From contig OY740794.1 of NCBI GenBank assembly GCA_963514005.1, positions 20,894,001 through 20,958,000 of the forward strand: 64,000 nucleotides of DNA. The letters are read 5' to 3'. The first letter of the stretch is position 1. Each line of letters begins with the position of its first letter. The position numbers and the translations under genes are program-made. This document shows, in pieces, positions 1-12,990 of this stretch. Source of the stretch: Raja brachyura. Taxonomy: Eukaryota. Below the pieces are notes generated by a model. That model was not told the DNA's origin, made no database searches, and saw nothing but the letters and a program-made list of their open reading frames with translations.

Positions 1-49
1 CCTTGATTTTGTGGCACATATAGAAAATAAGCCCATGTTTGTACTTATT

Positions 50-372
50 TAATTTAGTTCAGTGATATAGCGTTGTTTCAGGCCATTCAGCCCACCGAGA
101 ATGCTGACAGTAGTTCACGCTAGTTCACACTAGTTCTATATTAACCTATTTTCTCATCCACTCCCTACACATTAGGGACAATTTTACGGAGGCCACTTAA
201 CCTACAAACACGTGCATCTTTGAGATGTGAGGGGATACTCAAGCACCTGGAGGAAACCCAAGCAACCACAGGGAGAATGTGCAAACTCCGTACCGACAGT
301 GCCCAAGATTGTGATTGAACCTGGGTCTCTGGTGTTGTGAAGCAGCAGTCTACCAGCTACACCACTATGCCA
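50..372 (-). mobile_element. tRNA-derived V-SINE (HE1-like elasmobranch SINE), near full length, diverged
   Basis: On the minus strand: A-box-like TGGTGTAGCTGG, B-box GGTTCAATC, V-domain GTTTGCACATTCTCCCTGTGG..GGGTTTCCTCC, then GTTTGTAGGTTAA and a LINE-like tail ending in ACTAAA. It is similar to the copies at 12530-12990. Confidence 0.8.
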
Positions 373-684
373 TCTTGGCATTCATTCATTGACTAAAGGA
401 ATGCTGGAACGTGCAAATTCAGTGGAAGAAACAGTGAAATAACTGTCTTCCCAACGTCCAAATAACAGAAGTTATGGGGGTTCAATAGTGATTAATTGTT
501 CCCACCATTATCATGACATATTAACACCAATTTTAGTGTTGCTCTTTGCTACTGTCATATGATGGAGCTCAGATCATGTCAGTACAGATAAAGAATCAGT
601 TGTGGTGTGATCTATCTCTCTGCTCAATTCCATTTAATGAATGATTCTGGAATAAACAACGTTACCCAAGACATTATCAGATCA

Positions 685-800
685 GTTCAGTTTAGTTTAT
701 TTTCACGTCAACCGAGGTACAGTGAAAAGCTTTTATTGTGTGCTATCCAGTCAGCATAAGGGCCATGCATGATTACAATCGAGCCATTTACAGTGTGTGA
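685..800 (-). mobile_element. 3' end fragment of a LINE-like repeat
   Basis: The minus strand ends in AATAAA plus a (CTAAA/CTGAA)n tail, and the body resembles an abundant skate repeat as I recall it. The family is not assignable without a library search. Confidence 0.5.
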
Positions 801-3800
801 TCATGGATTAACAATAAAGTTGAAAGGAAGTGAAGATATTGGAGATCATGACATACCAATGCAAGGCAACATTTGGTTATCGAGACCTTGCCAAAGCAGT
901 AAATTATATAACATGAGCCAATTGTGAAGTTATACATAAAAGCTCATTGGCAAAGTATCTTACTTTATATATTGAGCACTTTCACGTATGACACATTGCT
1001 GCTACTTAAATTATGTTGTTGCTTGAATATGTGTGGCATTGGATGGAACCGTATCAGTTTGTTATTAGGTTGGATGCTGCTGAGATCATTTCTAAGCAAT
1101 AGATTAATATTATTCTTTAGAATAACATTCTTAATAATTAATTACTCACAAGATATCGCACAACGGTGGCAAAACAAATTACTAAATGCACTCAATCAAA
1201 TGAAGAATTTGATTGGCTGCATCATTGCTTTTGAAACCATATTAAAAATCTATTTTCAAAAGATGACTACAATCTACAAAAGGAGTTAATGAATTTTCTG
1301 TCATGTTTGCTGCAGGAGCCAGAGCCTTTCAATGGATGGGAATTCTATGTGAAGCGTCCTCCATTGTACTATCTCTTGCCCCTATTCCAGCAGAAATTAT
1401 GTTGGATGGTTTATTGTTATCATTGGTAGATTGTGATAGTTTTATGGAAATTGGTGTTTTACAATGCATTCAAACCTGTGTTTGATTTTTTTCATATCAC
1501 AAATAAAATGAGTGAGAAAATTATTATTTCAGCCATTCTTCCAAGCAATATTTGTTACTAAAGGCATGTTTTCTAATGTCACTGTTTTGATTGGCCACTA
1601 AGTGTATCAGTCACTGCCACAATCTATGTATGCTGTTTACATTTTGACAACAGTATTGGTTTAAAGAGCACGCCCCATTGTTCACTCTGGTTACCTTCTA
1701 TGCAATTATTATTCCTAGAAAGATGAGCCAATATAATTAAGATGCTAATCAGTCACATTTTTTTTATTTTTCTACTTTCTGTCTTTGTATTTAACCCAAA
1801 ATTGGCATATTTATAGTAATGCATATTGTTCAATTGGACAAATATTACCTCCACATAAAGAAAACAAGACAAATAATTCAATGATCATTTTGCAAGCATT
1901 ATAGTAGCAGATATAAAATTTCCATTTTTTTAGGTATAATTATTACTGTATTTAAATGTAAATGAAAATCCATTGCAGAAAAACAGCAGACAAATTATTA
2001 GTGAGTCATCATTTATGGCATCATAAGATTTCAGACTGTCTTACATATTTCTAGATTGATAAGGATACTGACAACATATATTGTGAATGGTGATTGACAC
2101 TTAATAAAGCAAGAATGTTGAGTCAGATATAACGAACGGGTTAATCGATGTTGTTGAAATCTGATGATATACTCATTCTATTAATAATGTCAGTAGTAAG
2201 CAATGTGGGTTTTAAGGAGTAATGTAAGGCAGATTATTACAACGCAACATATTCAAATAAATTACAAACTGCAAATACCTTACCTAACCACTACACAACC
2301 AACTCAAACGGAATATTCCAAACAATATAAACTCTTTGACAAGTTGAATCGGGTATGGATGCTAAAACGCAACATGTAAACATGCATTCAGAGCAATGGC
2401 ATTTTTTTGATAATCTCCCAAAGATTGTTAAGACTTTTCACATTCCAGAGGCACATTGGAGAATCAGATAAAGGGCAAATAGTGTGCATTCACCAGAACA
2501 GAAAAAGTTCTCAAAGCCAAATGTGTTTCAAGGTATACATTACCTTGCGGTCAATAAACTTTAAATTTAATTGTCACTACGAAAAGTAATTAGAAACGGT
2601 GAACCATAGTTTACACTGCCGAAAGAAGGTTTTGCATTTTGCGACATTCTTCACATACCTCTCCTTTGATAACTGGACTTTGTTTTCCAATCATTTGCTG
2701 TGGAGCACATACCAGAGGCCGTGCTAAAAAATACAGAAAAAGTATTCCAACGCTGTAACTCATTCAAGCCACTTTTATTTTAAGAATTATTATGCCACAA
2801 ATGTATTCAAGCCTACACTTCCCATTGAAATTTGAATAGGTGAAGACACGTTTTTTTGTTGCGAAAGACGAGCGTTTGCACAGTTCTCTTGACAACGGCA
2901 AAAATTCAAAAGTCTTTCTAGCTTTTTTGTTGCTGCCCATATACAACACAAATCAATTGAATATGACTGAGTGCCAATCACCACGGGTTTATACCCATTC
3001 TAACCAGCACAATAGGACTATACTCAAAGAGAAAACGGAAGTTTTCCACATTTTGGATGCTAAAGAATCATTTCAGTGGTGCAAAGATGCTCAGAAATTC
3101 GGAGAAGGAATAGAAATCGGCACTTCATTACTTAGATATCATGAGAACAAGTAAATTAAAAGGGCCAGTAAAAGTACTTTAAATTATTTTTACATTTATA
3201 TTATTAGTTATAATGCTAGTTATAACATTTTAAATCTGCTTCTACTTTGACACAACTCAATGTGAAGGGTGGGTGGTTAAACCACTTTGCAACATTAAAT
3301 GTGGCCAACTTATATTAGGTTTATTATATCTAGTAGCATTTAGATTGTTTTAGATGCTACTAAATGTTATGAAGAAACATTCAAATATTGTGGTCAACTG
3401 TTTAGTTTCACTCGCGAATGAATGGATTAGGCATATGCTTTAGTTTATTTGTAAAATATTTGGTCTCTACAATGACTCATCTGTTTGTCTTAATCTTATT
3501 GCCAACTTTTCTTTCGCTTCTTCCTATATTTCACTACATTTTTTAAATAAAAACGAGGTCCTCTGGTTACAACTGAACAGCTTCTGTTCAACAAAAGCTG
3601 CTTTCCTCACTTTTTTTTTAGCAATCCGAATATCGGATTTGATGTTATTCGTAGCTGAAAAATTGGATATTAAAATTCTGAACACAGTATAGGCAACCCG
3701 CACTCTCCTGTTTTGAAATGCATTTCGTTTGTGTTCACGTTTCTGTCGCTACTTATGTTTTAGTGCATACTTGTGCCTTAAACAATCCATCAGACAACAG

Positions 3801-4861
3801 CTGGGCTGCCGTGTGGTCTAATGCTTATCATTGTCTACTTGTTTTTGTCTCTTTTTAACTAGCTTTTCATTCCTTTTTACTTCGTGTTTACCATTTATTC
3901 AATTTGAGTCAACTCCAGCAGCACAAGTGTTTTTGAAGAGCTGTAATTCAAAGCGTCCCGTGTAACCTTTCACAGTCATTTAAGCTTCCCTTAATTTTTC
4001 TGTCACCTAAATAAGCCATCAAGGCTTTTAAAAGCTCATGATCCTTGATTGAAATTGGTGTGGGTCCATGCTTGTTTTTTGTGTCATGATACTGCAACCA
4101 ACTTTCACAGAGACAACTTGGGACAAAAAGAACCACTGTTTAACAAGATAATTCTTGCCTCCCCTTTTACTTCTGTCTTTTACTTCCTTTCCTATTGTCC
4201 AGACCCGCCTTTCTTTTGGGGCTTTTATCAACTTGATTCTTTTCTCACCCTCTTTTTTTTTTGCTCAAAATCTATTCTGAAGCAGGCCATGCTTTTGTGA
4301 TTGTCAGAAAATGTCTGGAGTGTCATCCCTCCAAAAGAAATGGGGGAAAGGGAGGATTCTGGACCGCAATGTTGCCCATGCATGCAGAACATCCCAATCT
4401 GTTTTTGTGCATTCAGTTGGTAAGGTTCAGCAGGGATCTTCCACTTGGTCTCGTTCAGGACAATGGGAGGCTGGCCAGCTGCACAAGCACCACAAAGGGT
4501 TTAGACTTCTGTGAACCGTGTTTACTTAGGGCTCTCTTTCTGACCTGCAAGTAACACTTGTTTCTTATTCATACACTTATCCAACAGTGTTAAAATAAGA
4601 TATAGTATCCCTTGTCGGACTATCTGAACTGAACTAGAAATATACCATAAATTGTGTATAAAATAGNNNNNNNNNNNNNNNNNNNNNNNNNNNNNNNNNN
4701 NNNNNNNNNNNNNNNNNNNNNNNNNNNNNNNNNNNNNNNNNNNNNNNNNNNNNNNNNNNNNNNNNNNNNNNNNNNNNNNNNNNNNNNNNNNNNNNNNNNN
4801 NNNNNNNNNNNNNNNNNNNNNNNNNNNNNNNNNNNNNNNNNNNNNNNNNNNNNNNNNNNNN

Positions 4862-4960
4862 TATCTATCTTTTATCTAGCTATATCTACATCTATCTATC
4901 TATCTATCTATTTATCTATCTTTTAGCTATCTATCTACCTTTTAGCTATCAGTCTATCTC
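4862..4960. repeat. (TATC)n microsatellite adjoining N-run 4667-4861
   Basis: Degenerate TATC tandem units seen directly. Confidence 0.85.
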
Positions 4961-7269
4961 GCCATATATTATATTGAATGCCTAGATAAATACATGAAGT
5001 GTGCGTAATATATATTTATACACCCCTTTCGAAGTTTTCAGTAGTTGTTTGTGAAATCAGAAATATTCAATATATATATTATAAATCGTTTTATAAGAAT
5101 GGAAAACTGTATTTACATTTTTTTAATCAAATAATAACTATTTGTACCAATATAGATTCGATTTTAGATTAATATTTTAACTCTTCTGTCATTTGTCTCT
5201 CTTTCACTGGGACAGATGTTCTACTCCAGCAGAACGGCGCGTTATTGTTGTCCATCTTGGAATATTATTCGAGAACTTTTATTGGCTTTCGAATTTTATG
5301 GAATTTATCGACACTTGATTTTGCCAAACCTTTTTAGAAGTATGGATGGCAGCATATGGGCTGTTGTTACCACTCCGCTCTTTGAACCTTTCTATTTGAT
5401 AATGGCGTCTCATTTGTTTTCCACAACCCTCCGAAACTTTTATATTGTTGACATCATCCTGTCTGTAAGTTGTGGAAAACTGAATTTAGCCGAACAACGT
5501 GCATTGATTTTCTTTTATTCCCTTTTACAATTACTATAGCGAAACATGTTTTCTGCAAATATGAACTTTATTAAGATTCCTCCAGAATGTTCATATAATC
5601 TAGTCGTTGGTTATGCTTTCCCATATATAACTACTTCGCATAATACATCTTTTTGATTCAGATAACATAAGATTTCAAAGTACAATTTTGGTTGGTCACT
5701 GGGAATAACTATCGGCATTGCCCCAGCGCTTTGGTTTGATTTGGTCTTTGATTTATTTTTAAAAGCAACTCACATTAATGATTACTAAAGGTCGATACCG
5801 CGAGCTGTACTGCCAAGTATCTACCCTGGTTGCTACTGTGTTTTTGCAAACGATAGGGACATAAATTGTACTTACTCTTTTAAGTTACAGTTCTGTAATC
5901 TTGTTTATATATGTATGTATACATATTCTCTAATTGCAGTGGTATCTGGGAATTTGGCGTTGTGTTTGTTTTTCCTCCTCTTTGTCATTAATATGCATTT
6001 GCAGAACAAAGTGGTGATAATGCACGGGCTCTAACCACTGCTATTTGAATGTCATGCATGCACATTGGCTAGACTGATGCGATGTTCATGCCTTCATCAG
6101 CACCTGCTGAAGTGTTGGTTTTGACTGATTTGGGGGGTGAAATTTCGACAGCATTTCCCTTGAAATTGGGATTCAGACTTGAAATGAAGCCAAGCACTTT
6201 GGAGTCCACCTCGTACATCTTTGATTCAGAGCTGCATCTAACTCCCAGGAGCGCTCGCTTTGATCTCTTTGATTTTTCACCAGATCTGTTATGCAGTAAA
6301 TTCCTAGGTTTTCCATAGAAACATCTTCTTTCCTTTTGCGATATTGATGTTTTCTTCTTCGTAGGGGTTATGATATGGTGAATCAGATTTAGAAAAGCTT
6401 GGACAATGCCCGTATTCATGGTCTGTTTTTTTTTGTAACCCCCGAAATGAATCAAAATACTGTTTATTCTGTTGCTCTTTACTCTAGTCAGTTCAGCTGC
6501 CTTTCAACATTTTAAACTCTTTGTAACACCAGCAGGTTGCGTTGCCATGACAATCTACTGTATGGTGAGCCCGAAAGACAATGACTTTCAAGAGCTTGAA
6601 AAGTGAGTTTTCGCTTTCCATGCAACCACTTCCGATGGAGCAAGGCTTCTCTCGCGGCTTCTCTGAGAGATCGGCAGCTTGTCAGTCTAACAATGTACAT
6701 CTTCGGGTCGCCAACTTTTTTTTTCTTCCTTTTGATCTGCGATGCTAAAAAGGGGAAAGCAGTCAATGAAAAATAACCAAGGCGCTAACGAGACTGCCCA
6801 CCACCACCCTCAGTAACCCCCCCCCCCCCCCCCCCCCCGCCAACCCCTTCCCTTTTATCCGTAAGACACATTTAATGTCATAACTCAGTGAAGCTTCTTC
6901 AGCAAAATAACTTAGAAAAACTTTCTCTCAGCATAATTATCAAAACTTCTACCTGGAGTTTGCAAAAGCTATTGAGCACGTATATGCCTTATAGAAACAT
7001 TATGGTGGCGAAATGAAAATGAGAATACAATGTATTAATTAACTTTTTTTTTGCATTATGCCATAAAACGAGTGCATGTTTTTGGAGACGTGTTTCCAAG
7101 ATATTGCCCACACCCATATGGCTACCATCAAAGTCCACAGTCTTATTCAAATTTAATTTCAGAAATAAACTTTATTTGGAATATTAAAAAATATGCAATC
7201 CAAAAAGAGCACAGAACTTTTGATACATTCTTATTATTTAACATTGCTAGTGTCACACCCGTTAGCATC

Positions 7270-7700
7270 TCTCTTTATCTTTAAACGTAGCACCCCATTG
7301 TCGTTCGTGTGCCCCCCTGGGTTGATGTCTCTTCCCTTGTATGAGGGGTACTACCAGCAGATTCAGCCGCTCAAAGTCCACAGCCCTTTGCTGAAGTGCA
7401 ATGTTTGAGTTAGATGTTGACCCCTCGCTACCTTCTCCCTCCCGCCTCCCGCCTCCCTCCTCACCGCCTTTAACAAAGCCCGAGGCATGCCAAAATAAAC
7501 ACCGCTGGTCCTTTAATCGTCTTCAGTGCTCTCTTAAACTTGACTTTAGTTGCAACTTGAAATGGTCTTCCTTTCAACTACATCTTGTTTTAACATTAAA
7601 GCGGCGGGCTCGTGCTTAGGCTGTAACTCCCCGCTCTGCTTATCGATTAACAGATTCTTAACATTGTTTATTGGCCGAGGTCAGAGAACACAAAATAAAT
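7270..7700. promoter_or_regulatory. Candidate conserved enhancer (GC-elevated island)
   Basis: SOX-type CATTGT (7296, 7662), CCCCCCTGGG (7312), ATCGAT (7643) and ATTGG (7670) in a non-repetitive GC-elevated patch. This is motif evidence only. Confidence 0.35.
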
Positions 7701-10700
7701 GGGAGGGGAGGACTTTGAGGGGGGGGGGGGGAGCTGAGGAGTTGTGGGAAGGGAGAACATTAGTGAAGTTACTGCAGTTACTTGAAGCGCTTAGAACACT
7801 ATCTTTCCCTATTGCAATGTGCCCCGGTGACAGCACGCAATGCCCGGATACAAGTAAAAAGCTGTCGGTTCTATGCGGACATGTGCTACCTGGCATGCTG
7901 CAATGGCGTCTGAAGCTCGGTACAAAATGAAAAGAACCCTTTCATGTAACGGAATCTAATAAATCTTAACATTTCCGCACTAACTTTTTAGACATTCGTC
8001 AACCCTACCCCCACCGTCCATATTAAGAGGTCACCACAGACACGCATCGTGCTAGAATTTCTTTTAAAATGTTCCAATCAATTATTGAAGTCAATTCAAT
8101 CTTGATCCAAATCACTTGAAGTTTTGTTGGCGACTGACCTTATTGGGGTCAAGTGTGTCAGTGATTTTTAAAGCGAATATTAATCTTTTCAGGACTGTGA
8201 ATGCTCTATAAATGGAGTCATGATTCATGTGTCCTATACATAACTTAACCGCTTTGTACTCTGTAATGTTTTCTGTGTGCCTGTATACAAGAGAGAAAGT
8301 GTGGCAAATTGTTTCATTAAAATAAAACCCTTTTAGGCTTTGAAGAGCTAACACGTTGTGGGGAATTGTGTGATTCCCACTTGTTTTTTTTAAAAAAGAA
8401 TACAGCCATCGGTGTTTTCGATGGAAAATATTTTACTTTGGTGAAAATAAGCTGCAGAGCAGCAGCATTTATATTCTGATTGTTGATGATTCTTTGCTAT
8501 CTGAATCAAATTTGTTGGTTTTACTTGTGATGTTCAGATGAGATTTGCACAGGTGATATTTTGGACACGCACTGTTGCGCGAATAGTTTGATGCAAATGG
8601 GNNNNNNNNNNNNNNNNNNNNNNNNNNNNNNNNNNNNNNNNNNNNNNNNNNNNNNNNNNNNNNNNNNNNNNNNNNNNNNNNNNNNNNNNNNNNNNNNNNN
8701 NNNNNNNNNNNNNNNNNNNNNNNNNNNNNNNNNNNNNNNNNNNNNNNNNNNNTGTATGAGTGTACATGTATACTATTGTACTATATGAGAGGTATAATGA
8801 ATGGCTTGATTGATTAGAAACAGAGATGCTTTGCTTTATAGGCAACACAGTCTCTGCTCATTTTATAGCAACCATTTATTTTAAGTATAGGACTCTTCAC
8901 TCATTATCACTATCCTCAACACTACAGACGCTAATCTGTTATCTGCCCATCTCTCAGCTAGTCGAGCCATTTATGTGCTAAAGAAACTCATCAAGAAATC
9001 CTAGAGTGCCATTATTGTAAATATCGCCTTTTCCAGATTAATTAGTTCTCGTACTGTAGCAAACTTTCTATTCACTCCTGCTAAGTGTATATTACCACCA
9101 AGAACAATAAACAGAATGCAAAATAAAAATCTTTGCACTTAGCAGAAAAGAGCAACGTCGTTAGCATGGAACGCTCCTTGAGTATTTTGATGTGGCTTAG
9201 ACTAGAGTAACAAAACTTCACTTGACCTGTGAATGGTTGTAGCAGATTAAATTAGAAGACTAGATGATCGGTGTACAAACTAAATAAAGCTATGGGGAAT
9301 ATTTACGTGGAGGCGGTTGTACAAATCTCACCAAGTTTGTTCAAAACAGTAATTGTAAAAACCTTGATGGAGTATTTCCCAGATGCCAAAGAGTGTATAT
9401 AACTTGAACTTGGAGAAGATGATCACAGATATATTGTAAATGGATGTTTGATTTAACCGCTCTTTTTAAAACATTTTTGTTAAGATGATTGTATGGGTTC
9501 TTAAGGCGTCGCACAGAAATTAGTATTACATCATAATATTTCCAACTATAATTGAACATTACGCAAGCTCGTTATTCATGTTCTTCACCTGTTAGTACGT
9601 CTCGGAATTTGTAACAATCAATGCAGAAAATACAGTATATGTCCAAAGCTATTCAAAGTATGATATTCTCAGAAAAGACAGTCAGATAGCAATTGATCCC
9701 ACGACTATTCACTGGTTTGTTCAATTCCTTACTAATATTATGTTTATACTATTGATGGGCTGACGACTATAGTTCGACACCTTAAAATGAAAATTCAAGT
9801 ATATTCCACTGAAATTTTGAATACTTTTAAACCACGCCATTATTGTTTTACCTCAATTGTCGGTGATTAGATGAAGCGTACTGATTCTAATTTCAGGTGC
9901 AATTGAAATATATCCTCGGAAATCGGGATTTGTATACGCCAATGTTTTATTGAAGTATCTCAAATATTTGAGGTATACTAGATGGCTGGCATACAAAACG
10001 ATAGGAAATCAGTACTAATGGTCTGAATCAAGAGTTTATCAGCAAATGGTATATGGAAATCCAACTCTCAAAGTCCAATACATTTAATCCTAATTCCCTC
10101 AGAGCATCACTTGCATATGGGATGGATATGGGGACGGAAGTCAGAGAGAGCGATGGAAAAGGAGGGGGTGAGGGGGTTAGTGAGAGATGTTTAGCACGAT
10201 TGAAATGCAGAGTGCTTTTAAATAATTATAGGGAGAAGGGCATTGGGGCATTGGGGCATTGGGGAGATAGGAAACCAGAAGAACTATTGTAATTTTGCAA
10301 GCATAAATTAAATTAGCAGTAAACGTTTGTTTTTCTCACGACCGACGTNNNNNNNNNNNNNNNNNNNNNNNNNNNNNNNNNNNNNNNNNNNNNNNNNNNN
10401 NNNNNNNNNNNNNNNNNNNNNNNNNNNNNNNNNNNNNNNNNNNNNNNNNNNNNNNNNNNNNNNNNNNNNNNNNNNNNNNNNNNNNNNNNNNNNNNNNNTA
10501 TATATGTATAAACATATCAATATATATAAATATATATCTATATATATAAAACTCCACATCCACACAGAAAACTAGACCCGATTAAAAGGTATCTTTTAAA
10601 TGGCAGATATTTTCGCAATTAAATCATTGGGTGTGGTTAGCTATATTATGTAAATAGATTGTTTTGTATGTTATAAATGTATATACAAACAAGAAAACCA

Positions 10701-12529
10701 AAATTGTCCCGATGGACAGTCATTTATTGAGAGGAGAGAATGGTTCTTCTCCAATGTTTTGGTGAGAAGAAACCGGAGCCAGGTTTTATTCATTATGTTT
10801 ATTTTTATACGAGCAGTATTGTGTCAATCGGCCCTTCGAGTCAACTCCGCCATTCAATCATCGCTGATCTATCTGTCTTTCTCAGACCCATTCTCCTGCT
10901 TTCTCCCCATTTTAATGGATAGATCGAACACTATGATAATTTTATGAAACCGCAACTCGTACATTTCTCAATTTTCACTCTCCCTTCTACCATATATTCG
11001 CTTTAAACATCACTGTCACACTTGACTCCAAGAAGGTCAGTCGTCTCCAAAGCGTCAAGTGATTTGGATCAAGATTGACCCGCAACTCTGCCTTGCTTAC
11101 CTAAATTGNNNNNNNNNNNNNNNNNNNNNNNNNNNNNNNNNNNNNNNNNNNNNNNNNNNNNNNNNNNNNNNNNNNNNNNNNNNNNNNNNNNNNNNNNNNN
11201 NNNNNNNNNNNNNNNNNNNNNNNNNNNNNNNNNNNNNNNNNNNNNNNNNNNNNCTCACTCTCACTTAATATCGCTCTNNNNNNNNNNNNNNNNNNNNNNN
11301 NNNNNNNNNNNNNNNNNNNNNNNNNNNNNNNNNNNNNNNNNNNNNNNNNNNNNNNNNNNNNNNNNNNNNNNNNNNNNNNNNNNNNNNNNNNNNNNNNNNN
11401 NNNNNNNNNNNNNNNNNNNNNNNNNNNNNNNNNNNNNNNNNNNNNNNNNNNNNNNNNNNNNNNNNNNNNNNNNNNNNNNNNNNNNNNNNNNNNNNNNNNN
11501 NNNNTTTATCTATTCCTATTATCTAAAACATTCATTTGTTGTCGGTCTATGGATAATAGGGTTGTTGAAATCTCAACACCACACAGCATGGTGTGTGTGT
11601 GTGTGTGGGGGGGGGGGGGGTGGGGGGGGGGGGACACTGTCATGACCGAAAGTAGTTTAGGCAAACATTTGTGCAAACTAATCGATAAACTGGGGTCAAC
11701 TTCTATTCAGAACAATTGTTTGCTGGTTCAACTATCTAGTCATCTAGTTCGGGTTCAATGATCTGGACTACACATTTGCATTGACCTTATCTGGGGCCAT
11801 GTTTGCTTGCATTTCATATGCTTATTTATGTTCTTAATTAACATGGATGCCCCTTTCCCTCCCGCATCCTATCGAAAAAAGTGTAGAAAAGTGTAGGCTA
11901 ATTCGTGGAGTTACATCACCTACTCTTCCCAACCTCAAAACCAAGTCGATTTTTTTTCGACGTTCAGACTGGACCAGTCTGTAGGGTATTGTAAACATTT
12001 GACTTCCTTTTTAATAGTACCCAAGGGAGTGGGGCCGCATTTTCAACATTGGGGAAATGTAATGCCACATTAAGTTGCGCGTACTATTTAATAATTTGTA
12101 CTGTGATTATATAAGGAAGATTCGTGAATTTGGCGGTTAAAACCACATTCTATAGCACATAATCCCTTCATTAGCTGTGACCTAGATTAGTTCAGTACGA
12201 ATTTAAATATTTATTCTTGAAGTGTTTTAAGCAAAGAGTTATATTTACGTTGAATCCGTAAGTAAACACACCATGTCCTACATTTGGCTATCCACTAAAT
12301 CTCCTGTGGAAATTTTGAAGTATATCTTCATGTATTCTCTTCATTTAACATGTTTGTTTCAAAAGAAGGTAGTGCGTCGATGAGTGGATCTAAACTTTGC
12401 AAATAACTAATTCATTGATAAATTCCATTCATCGTTATTGGATTAGATTAGGTTTACATTAGAATAGTGCATTGTGAGTTTCATCCTTTTTTAAGTATCA
12501 TATCCTTCATTATTAATCTATACCATCCT

Positions 12530-12990
12530 ACGGTAGAACTGCTGCCTTACACAGCGCCGGTGGCACGAGTTCGACCCCGACTACGGGAGCTGTCTGTACG
12601 GAGTTTGTACGTCCCCCCCCCCGTGATCTGCGTGGGTTTTCTGCGAGATCTTCGGTTTCCTCCCGCAGTCCAAAGACGTACAGGTTTGTAGGTTAATTGG
12701 CTTGATAAATGTAAACATTGTCCAGTATAAAATTGTCCAACTTCCAGTATAGTCCCTGTTGGACTCTTCGGAAGGTATAAGGTACAAGGTACAAGGTATA
12801 GAGTTAGCACGTTCTCCCTGTGACCGTGTGGGTTTTCTCCGGGCGCTCCGGTTTTTCCCACTCTCCAAAAACGTGCAGGTTTGTAGGTTAATGGCTTCTA
12901 TAAATAGTGTTAGTACATGGGGAACGCTGGTCGGCGAGGACTCGGTGAACCGAATGGCCTGTTTCCGCACTGTATCTCTAAAAGTCTAAA
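12530..12990 (+). mobile_element. Composite (tandem) V-SINE: head plus V-domain, (AAGGTAY)4 linker, second V-domain plus 3' tail
   Basis: The B-box is GAGTTCGACC (~12568). The V-domain occurs twice (~12600-12700 and ~12802-12895), each ending CAGGTTTGTAGGTTAAT. The tail is GGCCTGTTTCCGCACTGTATCTCTAAA. Confidence 0.8.

Noticed and set aside
6069-6455. 128-aa minus-strand ORF and other 60-150 aa ORFs in the gene desert (for example 924-1289, 7550-7930, 61970-62416)
   Set aside because: They have no recognisable domain, often use non-ATG starts, show no consistent exon chain, and their lengths are expected by chance.
12547-12989. Overlapping ORFs of 74-129 aa
   Set aside because: They lie wholly within the SINE composite and are translation artefacts.
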